Source of the DNA: Octopus sinensis
Taxonomy: Eukaryota
Length of the DNA: 64,000 nt
Direction: 5' to 3'
NCBI RefSeq assembly: GCF_006345805.1
Contig: NC_042997.1
Coordinates: 186,992,001-187,056,000 of the forward strand
Part shown: piece after piece, positions 50,926 through 64,000 of the stretch
How the letters are laid out: each line of letters begins with the position of its first letter
How positions within the stretch are numbered: the first letter of the stretch is position 1
Notes under the pieces: generated by a model
Database searches by the model: none
Told to the model about the DNA's origin: nothing
Seen by the model: only the letters and a program-made list of their open reading frames with translations
Program-made: the position numbers and the translations under genes

Positions 50926-51714
50926 TGGGGGAGAGAGGGAGAGATTTGTTGAGGATAAATACTGAAGGTTTTCTACTAAATGAACATTAATATTTATTTC
51001 AATTATCTAAAAATGCTGTAAATTGATACAGAAGTAGTAAGTAGGTTTTGAAAGATCAAGTTTCTTTAGAGGTGGTACGGTTGCATGCTGCCATGATCGT
51101 GTGTAACACTCATAAAGGAGAATGTCGAAAAATAAAGCATGGTTAAGATAGGAAATAATTCCAGTTGTTGGCATGCCAACTGAATGAGGATTTGTTAGTG
51201 TTTAAGGGACAACAAATTTTAATGAAGTTGGTGATGGAGAAACTTTAGAAGCAAAAAAACAAAAAAAAAAAAAGGAGTTGTTGGTGGGAGGGAACTGTTT
51301 GAATTATGAGTTATGTCTGAGGTAAAAGCATATGACACAGCTGTTGGTCTTGAGAGCAATGGAGCTGCAAAACAGAGTGTGGTAAGCACTACAGAGAAGA
51401 GGAGATATCATTCACTTCTCGTTGATGCTTGATAACAGAAAGGAAATTTTAAACTCAGAATTAGCTGCAAGAGCCATCAACAAAACCCCGTAGTGAGTAA
51501 CAGCTCTGAGACTGGGATGCTGAAATAGGGTATCTTTTATTTGGTGTTAATTTATGATTTCAATTTTCATAACAACAATGGTGGCAATGATTTATAGCTT
51601 AATAGGCGCAGGCTGGGAACTATAAGCAACATCTGTTGTGTGAACAGTAGTACACTGGGAGCATTGTTTCCCTGAAATGTCATGATACCTTTGTACACTC
51701 ATTAGCAGCATTAT

Positions 51715-52070
51715 TATCATCAATTTTTTTTCCCATGCTTGCATGGGTTGTATGAGTGCACTGTATTGATTCTTTACCAAGCTATTTCTGTTATTTGTTG
51801 ATTGTTCTATAGTGCCTTGCATATCCTAATTGATACCCAACTATCTCGGTCTATATTTCCCTTTGTCTAATCTCTTGCTGCCATCAACAACCAGCTCCTG
51901 ACACTATTGAGTATGCATCATTTGTTTTTCCCTCATGTGTCCAAACTGGCACAAGTGCATCTTCCCCATGCACTGTCTAACTACTACAAGCACCCACATG
52001 AATTCGTTATCTCACTGTTATGATCCATTCATTCACAGTTAACTTCCTCCAATACCCAGCAGACTATAAC
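51715..52070 (-). mobile_element. Old RTE fragment
   Basis: Minus strand LCQFGHMR...CQELVVDG resembles the RTE thumb; cccatgcttgcatgggttg tail at ~51732. Confidence 0.45.
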
Positions 52071-52257
52071 ACATCAAAGAATGGGTTATTAAAACTAGAG
52101 ATTTTTGTTCTTTGTTAATTAGTTTTTATAGAAACAATACCAACAGAAATGAGGTGTCCCTACTTTTTAGGCAAACTAAAACTGAATTTATAGTTTTGTG
52201 CGCACAAATGGAAATACACTGAAGCTATAGCTTCTGTTGGTAAAACAACAACCTTTA

Positions 52258-52828
52258 CACACGCTCACACACACACAGACACACACAGACATATACACAC
52301 ATGCATGCATACACACATCCCCACACACACGCATGAACACACACACACGTGCATGCATAAACACATGCCCACACACATAGACACATACACACATGCATGC
52401 ATACACACATCCCCACACACACACACAGACATATACACACGTGCATGCATAAACACATGCCCACACACATAGACACATACACACATGCATGCATACACAC
52501 ATCCCCACACACACACACAGACATATACACACGTGCATGCATAAACACATGCCCACACACATGTACAAACACACAGACATATACACACATGCATGCATAC
52601 ACACATCCCCACACACATGCACACACACACAGACATATACACACGTGCATGCATACACACATGCCCACACACATGCACACACACACACACAGAGACATAT
52701 ACAAACGTGCATGCATACACACATGCCCACACACACACACAGACATATACACACATGCATGCATACACACATCCCCACACACATGCACACACACACACAC
52801 AGACATATACACACATGCATGCATACAC
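52258..52828. repeat. CA-rich minisatellite with tgcatgca cores
   Basis: Recurrent ~44-nt unit cagacatatacacac(a/g)tgcatgcatacacacat(c/g)cccacac. Confidence 0.9.
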
Positions 52829-53749
52829 CCCACCACATTCGGTTTGACTTGATCTCAGGGTCTTTGTTTTTATTTTACAATGCTTTTGCCTTACTAAACT
52901 GTGACACAATATGGACCAATCTAATTCTTCTTCCAGAGATGTATTATGTAATTCATCTTGAAAAGATGAAATTAAGCTATATTCTCCACCCCCCACCCCA
53001 CCTGCTCCTCCACCCCACCTGCTCCTCCACTCTCCATTACTATTCAAGCTTGTTTTTTCTCCTTCCTAACTTATGGAAAGCTGACAGTGGAATGGTTAGA
53101 AACCTGCACTTCTGTGCCTCCATCCACACAAAGTGGATTGCACTAGCTTATAATCAGTAACTACACATTTTCAAAAGAACTGAGTTAATTTTAATTAAAG
53201 AATATTAGAAAGACAAAACAAGGAAAAATATAATTAAACAGAATTTCTAATTTTAAAAAAAACCCCAAAAAAACAAAACAGTATCTGATGTAGCAAGCAG
53301 TCAACTTCAATAAAAATTAAACAAAGAGAAAAATAAAAAAATAAAGAGACAACAGAAAAATTAAGAAATTAAGTGTAATTTAAACAAGAAACATTTTATT
53401 GTATATATTTTTTCAGCTTTAATTAAAATTACACAACCCTATTTCTAATTACAAATATTTTTTTGTGTAGCTTAAACTTCAGAGTCAGGACAGTTGTTGA
53501 ATGAGAAGGTTGTGCTTCTTAATTTATGTATAAATAGAAAGCTATTTCCAGTGCAGTGTATTTAAACTATAAGAATAGAGAATTATTAAGTGGATTATTT
53601 TGAGAAGTACATACACTGTTTAGAGCATGGTCTTATATGTAATATGAAGGGTAGGGGCAGGCCTGACATGCTACTTGGTCATCATCTTCACTCTGTTGCA
53701 AGCACTCAGGCCAGGCTACAAGTCAAGGGATAACATAGTCTATTTATTC

Positions 53750-54160
53750 TTTCCTTTTACTCTCTCTTACTCTCTTTTACTTGTTTCAGTCATTTGACTG
53801 TGGCCATGCTGGAGCACCGCCTTTAGTCGAGCAAATCGACCCCAGGACTTATTCTTTGGAAGCCTAGTACTTATTCTATCGGTGTCTTTTGCCAAACCGC
53901 TAAGTTACGGGGACGTAAACACACCAGCATCGGTTGTCAAGCGATGTTGGGAGGACAAATGCAGACGCACAAACACACACATACATATATACATATACAT
54001 ATATACGACGGGCTTCTTTCAGTTTCCGTCTACCAAATCCACTCACAAGGCTTTGGTCGGCCCGAGGCTATAGTAGAAGACACTTGCCCAAGGTGCCACG
54101 CAGTGGGATCGAACCCGGGACCATGTGGTTGGTAAGCAAGCTACTTACCACAGAGCCACA
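53750..54160 (-). mobile_element. SINE-A, CpG-rich young-looking copy
   Basis: Reverse complement of 6967-7390; further fragments at 54165-54315 and 54690-54930. Confidence 0.9.
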
Positions 54161-54359
54161 TTTATTTATTTTACTTGTTTCAGTCACTGGACTGTGACCA
54201 TACTGGGGCACCACCTAGAAGGGTTTAGTTGAACAAATCGGTCCCAGTGCTGACTTTTTTTTAAAAACCTGGCATTATTCTATCAGTCTCTTTTGCTGAA
54301 ATGCTAAGTTACAGGAAGATCAGCTCCTCAAATGCCCCCTACCTTCTCAAAGATTCCTT

Positions 54360-54680
54360 GTCTTGCAAAATTACTTGGTGACCCTGCTAGTGGACGTGTC
54401 ACTTAAAATGCATCTAGTCCACACCGTAAAGTGGTTGGCACTTGGAAGAACATCCATCTGTAAAAATCATGCCAAAACTTGCTCGTGCTGGTGCCACATA
54501 GAACGCACTCAGCCCATTTTGCAAAGAGGTTGGTGTTAGGAAGGGTATTCAGGCATAGAATCCATGTCAAAACAGACACACAAGTATGGTGTAGTATTCT
54601 ACCTGGCCAACTCCTGTCAAACCATCCAACCCATGCCAGCATAGAAGGAGGATGTTAAATGAACGATGATGATGATGAAA
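54360..54680 (+). mobile_element. RTE-type 3' tail, degenerate
   Basis: Two ggttgg...ggaag..cat.ca blocks, ccaacccatgccagcat, (gat)n. Confidence 0.7.
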
Positions 54681-57600
54681 TGATGAGGATGTAAACAAAC
54701 CAACACTGGTTGTCAAGTGGTAATGGTGGGGACAAACACAAAAAACACATACACACACACACACACATGTACCACATGCGATGAGCTTCTTTCAGTTTCT
54801 GCCTACAGAATCCATTCACAGGGCCTTGGTCAGCCTGGAGTCATAGTAGAAGATAATTGCTCAAGGTGCCATGCAGTAGGACTGAACCCAGAACCATGTA
54901 GTTGAGAAGCTAACTTCTTATGACATAACTCCAAACTGCATTTTGCATATTACAGCTGTTTCTCAGAGGCTATAAATAGAAAAGGTTTCTAAGGAGAGGC
55001 CTACTGCCAGATGCCAGACAGTACAGTGGGAACTGAATTTATGTTGCAACACCTCAGGGAACTGTCTTGAAAAATAGGCGCATAATCTTGTATTGTTTTC
55101 TACAACACCAAGCACAGGATTTTGAAATAATCACTGGCAAACATAGAAATCTAGATGGGCTATATACATGCAGTTGTGTAGTAGCAGTACAGGTGAAAAA
55201 CATGGCTTAGAATAGCTGAAAAAACTTATCCACATCCACTAATGGGATGTGGGTTAGGTTTTTGTGACCACAGAATTTCCTGCAAAATTACCATTTAAAA
55301 TGCAGAAGATGCTTTTCTTCATGCACACAATGCAAAAGTTATCACTCTTAAATTCTAGCTCATCTTTTTGGTCCCTTGCCAATTTTGTAGAATTCCCTTT
55401 TATTCAAGATGGCTTTGTTTGAAGTATCCACAGTGAAAAATTTCAATGTTTGTTACTCATTTTGCTTCCAACTCCAGTAGACACACATTCAACAAAATTT
55501 TCTTCTCCTTCAGCCATACCATCATGTGCACATACTTGTCAACTGCAAAAGCACCTCTGGTCACTTCACAGTAACAAAACCAACGACTCCTCACACAGTA
55601 CACTCCAGAACCAGCCCCTAATCCCACCAAACACTTCAATCAACCATTCTCATTCTACTCGCTCAGTCCAAGGCTTCATCTATTTACTTTTGTATAATCT
55701 GATTACTTCCCCAAACTTGGCAACTCAAAATTTTATCCAATCCCTCTTTTCTTTTCTAATTAAAATCATTTCTACACTACTTATTCAAAACGAATTCTTA
55801 TTTCTTTTTTGTCATGCTTCAAATCTAACATTAATAAATTTACACAATACTCGTTTCCCAACCATCTTGAAGTCCTGATATCATTCCACAAATTATTAGT
55901 GTGTTCATTTCAATTAGCATTAATTTATAACTGATATTTTTTATCACTTCATCCTTTCATGTCTAATATTCTTAACACATCCATATACCAGTGTAAGGGC
56001 TCACTGTTTCCACTAACCCCCACTCCTAAATATCTTATATTTTTAACTAAATCAAAATTACCACAATATTTGTACAATTAGAATATCAAATTCCAGAAAA
56101 GATATGAATTTCATTATGTTCTCTATCATTGTGAAGGATAAACCATAATATTCACTATTTACCCAGTGAAGGGTAAACATAATATTTATGACAAAATACA
56201 TAAGATTTTAGTGGGAGAGAAGTAATAACTCTGTAGAAGTGGCTTAACATATTGCCTATAGAATCTTATCCTCTAACCCAGTGATAATTTCCATTGGAAG
56301 CTAAGTTTTATCTGTGGTGACTCGATAATGTAGACACTTATGGAAAATGAATCTAGACTAGATCAATGGAAAAAAGTAACCAAACAATTGATGAATATGG
56401 ATGACTTCCCACACCAGAATGTTATGAAAGAAAATAAAAAATTCCTTTCTTATATACTTATCAGTTACTGATAATTTGTTGGTTAAAATTTTAATATTCT
56501 GCTCCTATACCAAGACAAAAAAAAGATTCATTTGAAATAACACTTTACAAAAATCAAATATTTTAAAAATAATTTTGTTTTGGACATCAATCTCAATTTC
56601 CTTTTTCTTTACTTTGCAAGATATTGACAAAGATTGTGTATTGATTTCTTTTGTTTTGCTTTTCTTATAATCTAAATATTGCAACTAATTTTTAAGCAGG
56701 GCATATATGGAAAGAATATTCAGGAAACAGAAAACAAAACAGAATAAAACAAAGAAACAGCATGAATGAATAAATGTGTAACAGTTTAGATGTACTTTAA
56801 CTTTCTATAGAATTATTGCTGTAATATATGCATTGGTTAGCTAATCTCATGTGGAGATTACTGTATATCATGTTCAAGAAAGCAAATACATTGTGGTAAC
56901 CAATATTGGAATCTGCTGAATATTTTTTATTTATTATTTATACCGTATAGTCTGTATAGCAAATCTCTCTGACTCTTTCTCTGTCTGTCTGTCTTTCTGT
57001 CCTTTGAAATTTCTCAGGTAGTGAAAAGTATTCATGAATTCTTTATGGTCTTGTAGATTTAACTCCAATATATTCAGATGTGAGTTAATATTTTAGAAGT
57101 TGAGATAAGAGTAATTGGTTAGTTAGCACAATACTAACAATGTCTTTGTTAAAAATTTAAATCAATATGAGAGAATAAAATCAAAATTGAATTCAAAAGA
57201 TTATTGATTACTAGAGGTGTGTTGAAGAGTTTCTTCAGAGACATCTTATGACTGAATAAAAATGAGACTGATAGAATAAGTAGACTACTGAAACATATAG
57301 CTTTTAGATTTTAGATGGAATTGGTAGTGAATGTTAATCATTTTAACATGTTCTATACCTCATCAATGAGGTTATAGGATGACTTTCAGATATTAAGTTA
57401 AAGATATATTTATGATTTGTAGTTATTGCCTTTGTTCTTATGAAAGATTTCATGTAAATAAAATTATTATGCATATAATAAAATTCCATCTGATCCATGT
57501 GAGCATGGGAAATTGAATATTAAAATTATGATGATAATGATACATACAAGACGCTTTCTTAACAGTTAGAGTTGTGTTGCATTCATTATCATATAAATGG

Positions 57601-59316
57601 AGATTTGGTCATTATTGACATAACATGCAGTCTATCAAATATTGTTATTTATCAATAACTATGTAACAACCCTAATAAACACCAAAGTATATACCTTTTA
57701 AAGTATATACCTTTTAAGTAGCTATTTCCATGACTAAATTTGCAAATATTTTCATTGGTGAAACTGATTGATTAGAAATAAAAAAAAAAACAAAAACCCA
57801 ACACCTACTTTATCATAAGGCTATAGTTTATTCAGAGGTTAATAGCGTGGAGGAGCAAAGCAAAGATATCATGTCTTTTTTTTTTTAATCTTGAATAAAA
57901 ATAATTTTTAAACAAAAGAAAGTCAACTCTAATATTGAAGAAAAATAACGAGAAAAAAAATTCAATGAAGCTACTTTATTACTATTGTCCATTAGAACAA
58001 ATTAAATATTGAAATATAATAAAGTTTACACTCATTACCAGAAACAAGAACAAAAAAAATCAAACTATAAAAAAGAACAATGTTTCGATTATTTCTATCA
58101 ACAGATAGAGTGCCACTATAATTATTGCTATTGATTCTATAAAGATGAAGTATTTTGCAACAATAAGATGTTAAAACAGCAATATCTTAAATTTTGTTGC
58201 ATTACCACCAAACCTTTGTAAAAATAAACTTTTAAATCACACAAACTTAAGAAATAGTTAAGAAGCAATCGACTTGTTCTAAAAATCAATGAAAATTCTA
58301 TTTAAATAGTTTGCCCAACCCTATTCCTGCAGTTTTATCTGTCTTACTATGAGAAATATTGTTTTCGCGTATAAAAGTGCACCTGATTTTTACAATCGAT
58401 ATAATATAAAACTACTAACAGATTACAAAATATTTTAAATGGATAAAGTTTCATTCATAAACATGTTAGAGACGGAATGATCAAGTTTCTGAGAGAAACC
58501 CAAAAATAGCAGGAAAAAAAACTATGTCTGTTCACACAAACAAGATTATAATTTTGCGCTGTCATGTCAATATAAACTACTTGTTTCTCATATTAAGTTA
58601 CTTAGAAAGTTAAATAACAAAACCCTTTAGTATGTTATAGAAAACAATAGTTTAAAATAAAGGAAAATATCGATAATTGTATTCCCTCCACACTGAGGTC
58701 ATGAGAATTTGCTAATTAGATTTCCATAAGAACCTTATGTTTGCTTCTCTAATTATGCATAATTCTTGTGCATCTCAAAGATTTGTAATATGTTTATCAA
58801 AGCTGTAGGCTTTCTGTTACACTCCTTTATAAATATTCACACGTCTCTATATGCATAACATATACATATAAACCAGTGCAAATATAATTATATACATATG
58901 AGAAATACAAGTAGTTGTTCTGCCCAAACAAAGCTAAGAAATTGCTTATCAAAGATAAAACATACATGGAGTATCTAAGCACAGAATATAGGGTATGTAA
59001 AAGAAAAATATAATATATGAATCTAGTATTAATGAAGTTCATACTTTTATTGTTGTAAATGGTACCATTAAGTAACCTGAACATTGTTTTTGACTGGCAC
59101 TTAATTGTAAAGAACTCTGACCCTCTTGCTAAAAGGTTTATGGTTCATATTTTGCCAGCTACACAGGTCTATACCTGTGGTAAAGTCACTTAACAACATT
59201 CAAAGGCCCAACCTTATTAGATGTATACAGATAGTGTGGGGAAGAACAACAACCTATTACTATAGTCAGTGGTGGCATTTTACAAATAGCTGAGTTCCTA
59301 TTCAGAAAAGAAGACA

Positions 59317-60431
59317 CAAGGTGGTATCAAAAGGTTCATGGATTAGCTCTGTAGTATACCAACAGATGGCAGCTCATGGTTGTGTGCACCAGGAAAGCTA
59401 ACAGTGACCACCATGAGGTAGTGTGCTGGGTGACATTGCTCTGTTTACTTCACAAGTTGTGAAGTGTATGTTTTGGGGATCACGTGTATGTTGTAGCCTG
59501 TAATTTTATATTTCTTTATTGCCCACAAGAGGGCTAAACATAGAGGGGGCAAACAAGGACAGACAAACGGATTAAGTTGATTACATCAACCCCAGTGCGT
59601 AACTGGTACTTGATTTATCGACCTCAAAAGGATGAATGGCAAAGTTGACCTCGGCAGAATTTGAACTCAGAATATAACGGCAGACGAAATACTGCTCAGC
59701 ATTTTGCCCAACATACTAATATTTCTGCTAGCTCACCGTCTTGTAGCCTATAATTTTGTCATGGACAGGAACAAAGAGCCAAAGTGAAATTTCGCATTAA
59801 ACTTGGGAAGTCTGCTACAGAGATATTGAGCATGCTTCAGCAAGCTTATGGTGATGAGGCAATGGGTTGTATGTAATGTTTCGAGTGGCATAGGCACTTC
59901 AAAAGCAGATAAATGTCCTTGGATGATGATGAGTGATTTAGAAGTCCTGCCATGAGTGTCATCCCCAGAAATGTGGTATTGTGTGCATTGAGAATTCATC
60001 ACTCGTCCATCAATCGAGAGTTCTACTGCAACAAATGAGGCAGGACATTCAGTGAAAGTGACTGGATCTGTGGAGCATGAAGTACTGGATTCTTCCTTGA
60101 ACTCTTCTCACTCGCGAGTTTCTTGCCAAAAACAACATGGTATGTCTTTTGCACCCGCCCACCGTATTCTCCAGTTTTAGCTCCTGCAAACTTCCATCTT
60201 TTCCCCAAAATGAAGATGCAGCCCAAGGGTCAAAATCCAGAGTAAATTGCAGAGGTCCTTGACTCGCTTACGGAAAATGGCTTCCAGGCTGGATTCCAGA
60301 AGTGGCTGGAACACTAGGATCGGTGTATTGCTGTGCAAGGCAGCTATTTTGAAGATGGTGCTAAAACTTTGGTAAACAAGTTATTTTTTCAGTAAACATA
60401 ACTAGTCTGGGAACCTTTTGATACTACCTCA
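59317..60431 (+). mobile_element. Mariner transposon relic with internal deletion
   Basis: ~30-bp TIRs (aggt(g/a)gtatcaaaaggttc); EQRAKVKF..KLGKSATE..ML..AYGDEAM..FEWH..FK HTH at ~59767-59910; EFLAKNN..HPP-YSPVLAPANF.LFPKMK at ~60116-60215; stops and frameshifts. Confidence 0.88.
59508..59740 (-). mobile_element. SINE-B inserted in the mariner, with 17-bp TSD
   Basis: ttgtagcct(g/a)taatttt at 59491-59507 and 59741-59757. Confidence 0.9.
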
Positions 60432-60582
60432 TATTTCTCAAAGGCTTTATACTATGAAAGCTGGCATAAGATCTAACTCATTATATCTACAATTCAAAAC
60501 TCATTGCAAGGAAAAGGACAAACAAAAATTTGTTTTAAAGAATTCTGCTTTATTTGGTTCCGACAACAGCCCTTCTCACTAA

Positions 60583-61171
60583 TCTGTATATATAAAAGGT
60601 AGGATGTGTGTGTGTGTGTATGTATGTGAATGTAATTTATGCAGGTCCACAAATTAGCATGCATGTCACTCTAATTTTAGGAGGACATTCATCATGATCC
60701 TAGGTGTATTTTTGTCAACTTATTTTCCCCAGAGGCAGCAGCAAATAGCAGTAAAAATAAATTTTCAACCAAAACTTTTAACAATTTTCAAGTCGGAGAA
60801 ATCACCTTTGCTTGCAAACAGGGGTTAAGTACCCTTCTAGCTACAAGTAAATTTCTGTTAAGACTTTTGTTTTTTTTTCCATCGAGGAAAAAAGTGTTTT
60901 GTTGATATACGGGCAACACACACACACATACACACATGAACATGTAGGTGTACAAAAAACATGTATGCAATAGGTGTATGTATGTACGTGTGTGTATGTG
61001 TGTATGTGTGTGTGTGTTGCCTATATATATATATATATATATATATAAACCAATTTCAACAGATTTCGCCCAAATTTGACATTGATGTTACTTAGTTTGG
61101 TTTGAAATAAAGAACTTGATTAGCTTAGTAATCCTAACTTAATCCCAGGCAAAGCCAGGTTATACTGCTAG
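60583..61171 (+). mobile_element. Non-autonomous Helitron, copy 2
   Basis: A|TC start, CTAG|T end, colinear with 687-1226. Confidence 0.82.
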
Positions 61172-61867
61172 TCAAATTTTAAAGGCACTTCTCCATCGTT
61201 GTCTCAGTTATTCTGTTCTACTCATGACATAAATAAATTAAACTTAAATCAAGGAATATTCTTACTGCTGATTCTGACTTAATCTTTCTCACTCATTACT
61301 CTTTAATCATGTGTCTTGCATAAAGACATGTTGCAATTCTTGCAAACCAACATTCTTTTCTGCAGGCTCACATATTTGTCCATGACACTTGACAACCGTG
61401 ATGATAAGAGGACTGATGACATATAACAGGAAGTAAATTCACAGTTTTGTTAACCAATGTTTTCTTTATAATAATGCTCTACAGTATGTGAGAAAGACAT
61501 TGTTTACATGACTTTAATATTGTTATCAATAGAAGAAGTAAATGTAAAATGGAATAAAGAAAAGGTCAGCTTCACTTGTTTGTAAGGGTAGTAATTCTGA
61601 ATTAAAAAAACATCTGAATAAATAGAGTAGAAAAATTCTATAATGACATTTCATTCTGGATTTTCAATTTTTTTGAAAGAGAATCAGATTTTGATATTTT
61701 TGGTATAATCATCATAACTGATTTCACAGCTGTTTTTCTTCCGTGCTACCACAGTGTCTAATATAACAATATTGTCCCATATTTCAGTCAATTTCCTTTG
61801 TTAAGCTTAACCCTTTCGGCTTACTCCTTACCGAAAATATTCCATGTATTCCTAAATCTAATTTAAC

Positions 61868-62095
61868 GGTTTCAAATTTTGGCACAGGGTTGGCAGTTTT
61901 TTGTTTTGAGGGGAGGGGGAAGTCTGTTACATCAACTCCAATACTTAACTGGTTCTTATTTTATTGATGTAAAAGGATGAAAGGCAGATGAAAGGAAAAG
62001 TCAACCTTGGAATTGGAACTCAGAACATATACACAGATGAGCTACTGCTAAGCATTTTGTCTGGCATGATAATGATTCTGCCAGCTAGCTGCGTT
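61868..62095 (-). mobile_element. SINE-B, degenerate
   Basis: Similarity to 45925-46140. Confidence 0.7.
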
Positions 62096-62131
62096 ATTCC
62101 TAAATCTACTTTGATACTTTCCATTTTCACT

Positions 62132-62648
62132 GTGGCGGCGCAATGGCCCAGTGGTTAGGGCAGCAGACTCGCGGTTGTAGGATCGCGGTTTTGATTCCCA
62201 GACCGGGCATTATGAGTGTTTATTGAGCGAAAACACCTAAAGCTCCACGAGGCTCCAGCAGAGGGTGGTGGTGAACCCTGCTGTACTCTTTCTTCACAAC
62301 TTTCTCTCACTCTTTCTTCCTGTTTCTGTTGTACCTGTATTTCAAAGGGCCAGCCTTGTCACACTGTGTCATGCTAAATCTCCCTGAGAACTACGTTAAG
62401 GGTACACATGTCTAAGGAGTGCTCAGCCACTTACACGTTAATAAATGAGCTGTGATGTTACTGGTGTCAAGCTGTATTGGCCTTTGCTTTTCCCTTGGAT
62501 AACGTTGATGGTATAGAAAGAAGAGGCTGGTATGCATGGGAGACTGCTGGTCTTCCATAAACAACTGTGCCCAGACTTGTGCCTCAGAGGGTAACTTTCT
62601 AGGTGCAATCCCATGGTCATTCATGACCGAAGGGGGTCACAACAACTA
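62132..62648 (+). mobile_element. tRNA-derived SINE, apparently chimeric, with 12-bp TSD
   Basis: tggcccagtggttagg box A, ggttttgattccc box B; TSD tccattttcact at 62120-62131 and 62649-62660. Confidence 0.85.
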
Positions 62649-63960
62649 TCCATTTTCACTAGATGCATTCTACTTCTTAAACTTGTCTGTGGTTAAACTA
62701 CATTAGTGGTTTTTAAACTTTACTTACTTGACTAAATTTAATATTATTGACTAATTAGCTTTATCTTTTTTATTGGATATAATGTAAGAGACTCCAAATA
62801 GTTGACTCTCTAGATCTAGCAACCAAATCTCCTTCAAATCACATTCTCTTCTCTTAGAAAAAAGGAAGACATACTGAACAGTTGGTAAGGTGAATTGTTA
62901 TTGCTGAGGTAATTTTGTCCATAAGTTCCCTCAGTCAGAACTGACTTGAAGCTAAATGACAATAACAACTTTGATAAAAATAATCACTTATAACAGCTCT
63001 CGCACCTCAAAAATAAACATTGTAACTATTACTTTTCTTATTAGCATAACTAGAAAGCAAGAAGTGAAACTGTTAAAGAGGCATCTTACAAACTAGATAT
63101 ATCAGACCACTTTACGTAGTTGTTAGTTGTTTATAACAACGACTGTGACAATCCTTCTGGGTTTTTTTAAAAGACTTTCACAACCAAAGAAGCTTGGCAA
63201 AATAGAAAAATTAAAAGAAGATACAAAAAAGAAAGAAACAAACAAACAAACAAACAAAAGAACAAAAATAGTGTTATGATTTGGCCAAAGACAGTTTCTT
63301 TTTGTTTTCATTTCCATTTTGCAAGAAACTTTTTTAATATAATGTTACTTGGCTTTTCTCTTAATTATGGAAGAGTGAAGTTAGATTAAGTTAGGCAAAC
63401 AAAATAAATGCTTGGGTTAAAAAACCAAAACCAAATATTACAAAATTATATAAAATACCATACAATAAAAATCAGTAATTAGCACAAAGAATATAAATAT
63501 ATATAACTAAGACGTAGGATATAAATGTGTGATAACCTAATGATATCAGCAAGGTCATTGGAAGCAAATCAAAAGATTGGGTTAATATCTAAAATAAATT
63601 TTTGCACAGTGATTTTTTTTCCATTTGTTAATGCCTTTTTCTTTTCACTTCCATGACAACTAAACTGTGATGTCTTAATTAGAACTCTTAGAAGTTTATT
63701 TTCATTCTATTAATGAGTTAGTGCTGTAAATCTAACAATATTGTAGCACAGCAAGATAATGCCAGCCACACTGTAGTTAAAAACAATGTTTAACCGCTAA
63801 TACACTAAACAGGAAAGAAAAAAATTGTAACTATTTAATAATTTTATCATACATGACTAGAATGTATCCTCTGTGCTGTAAATCTAAAATATAGGATGCT
63901 AACTTTTAGAAATTAAAATCAGCCATTCTGAAATCAAGCTTTCATTATTATATGATTTTA

Positions 63961-64000
63961 TGGTGGTGAGCTAGCAGAATTGTTGGCATGCTGGGCAAAA
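63961..64000 (+). mobile_element. SINE-B head cut by the window end
   Basis: ggtggtgagctagcagaattgttggcatgctgggcaaaa. Confidence 0.65.

Noticed and set aside
55450-55878. 142-aa ORF in C/A-skewed sequence
   Set aside because: No recognisable domain or splice support; probably an old repeat fragment that I cannot classify.
62134-62205. tRNA gene
   Set aside because: The tRNA-like head continues into a SINE body with a TSD; no clean cloverleaf or terminator.

Overview
Eukaryotic, AT-rich, repeat-saturated DNA, most likely an octopus (coleoid cephalopod) intron or intergenic region. This is inferred from the tRNA-derived SINE families, RTE LINE tails and long (TA)n/(CA)n tracts. No intact host protein-coding gene is recognisable; nearly all ORFs in the track are translations of microsatellites or SINEs. 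The main structure is an ~11 kb (TA)n-rich array (about 9.95-21.0 kb) holding three insertions. (i) A 730-bp non-coding element with terminal direct repeats whose 3' end carries hammerhead core motifs in a non-canonical, scrambled order. (ii) A 5'-truncated RTE LINE with a PHD-type zinc finger inside its reverse transcriptase and a tandem-repeat 3' UTR. (iii) A 5'-truncated Penelope-like element (RT + C-terminal GIY-YIG, Hydra-clade-like) with an ~3 kb skewed, duplicated 3' UTR ending in a canonical minimal type I hammerhead ribozyme. Elsewhere there are two copies of a non-autonomous Helitron, a nested hAT/hAT/SINE stack, an internally deleted piggyBac, a mariner relic, Tc1, R4 and RTE-BovB fragments, and many SINEs, several in inverted pairs. 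All calls are by eye; family names are recognition-based and were not checked against databases.
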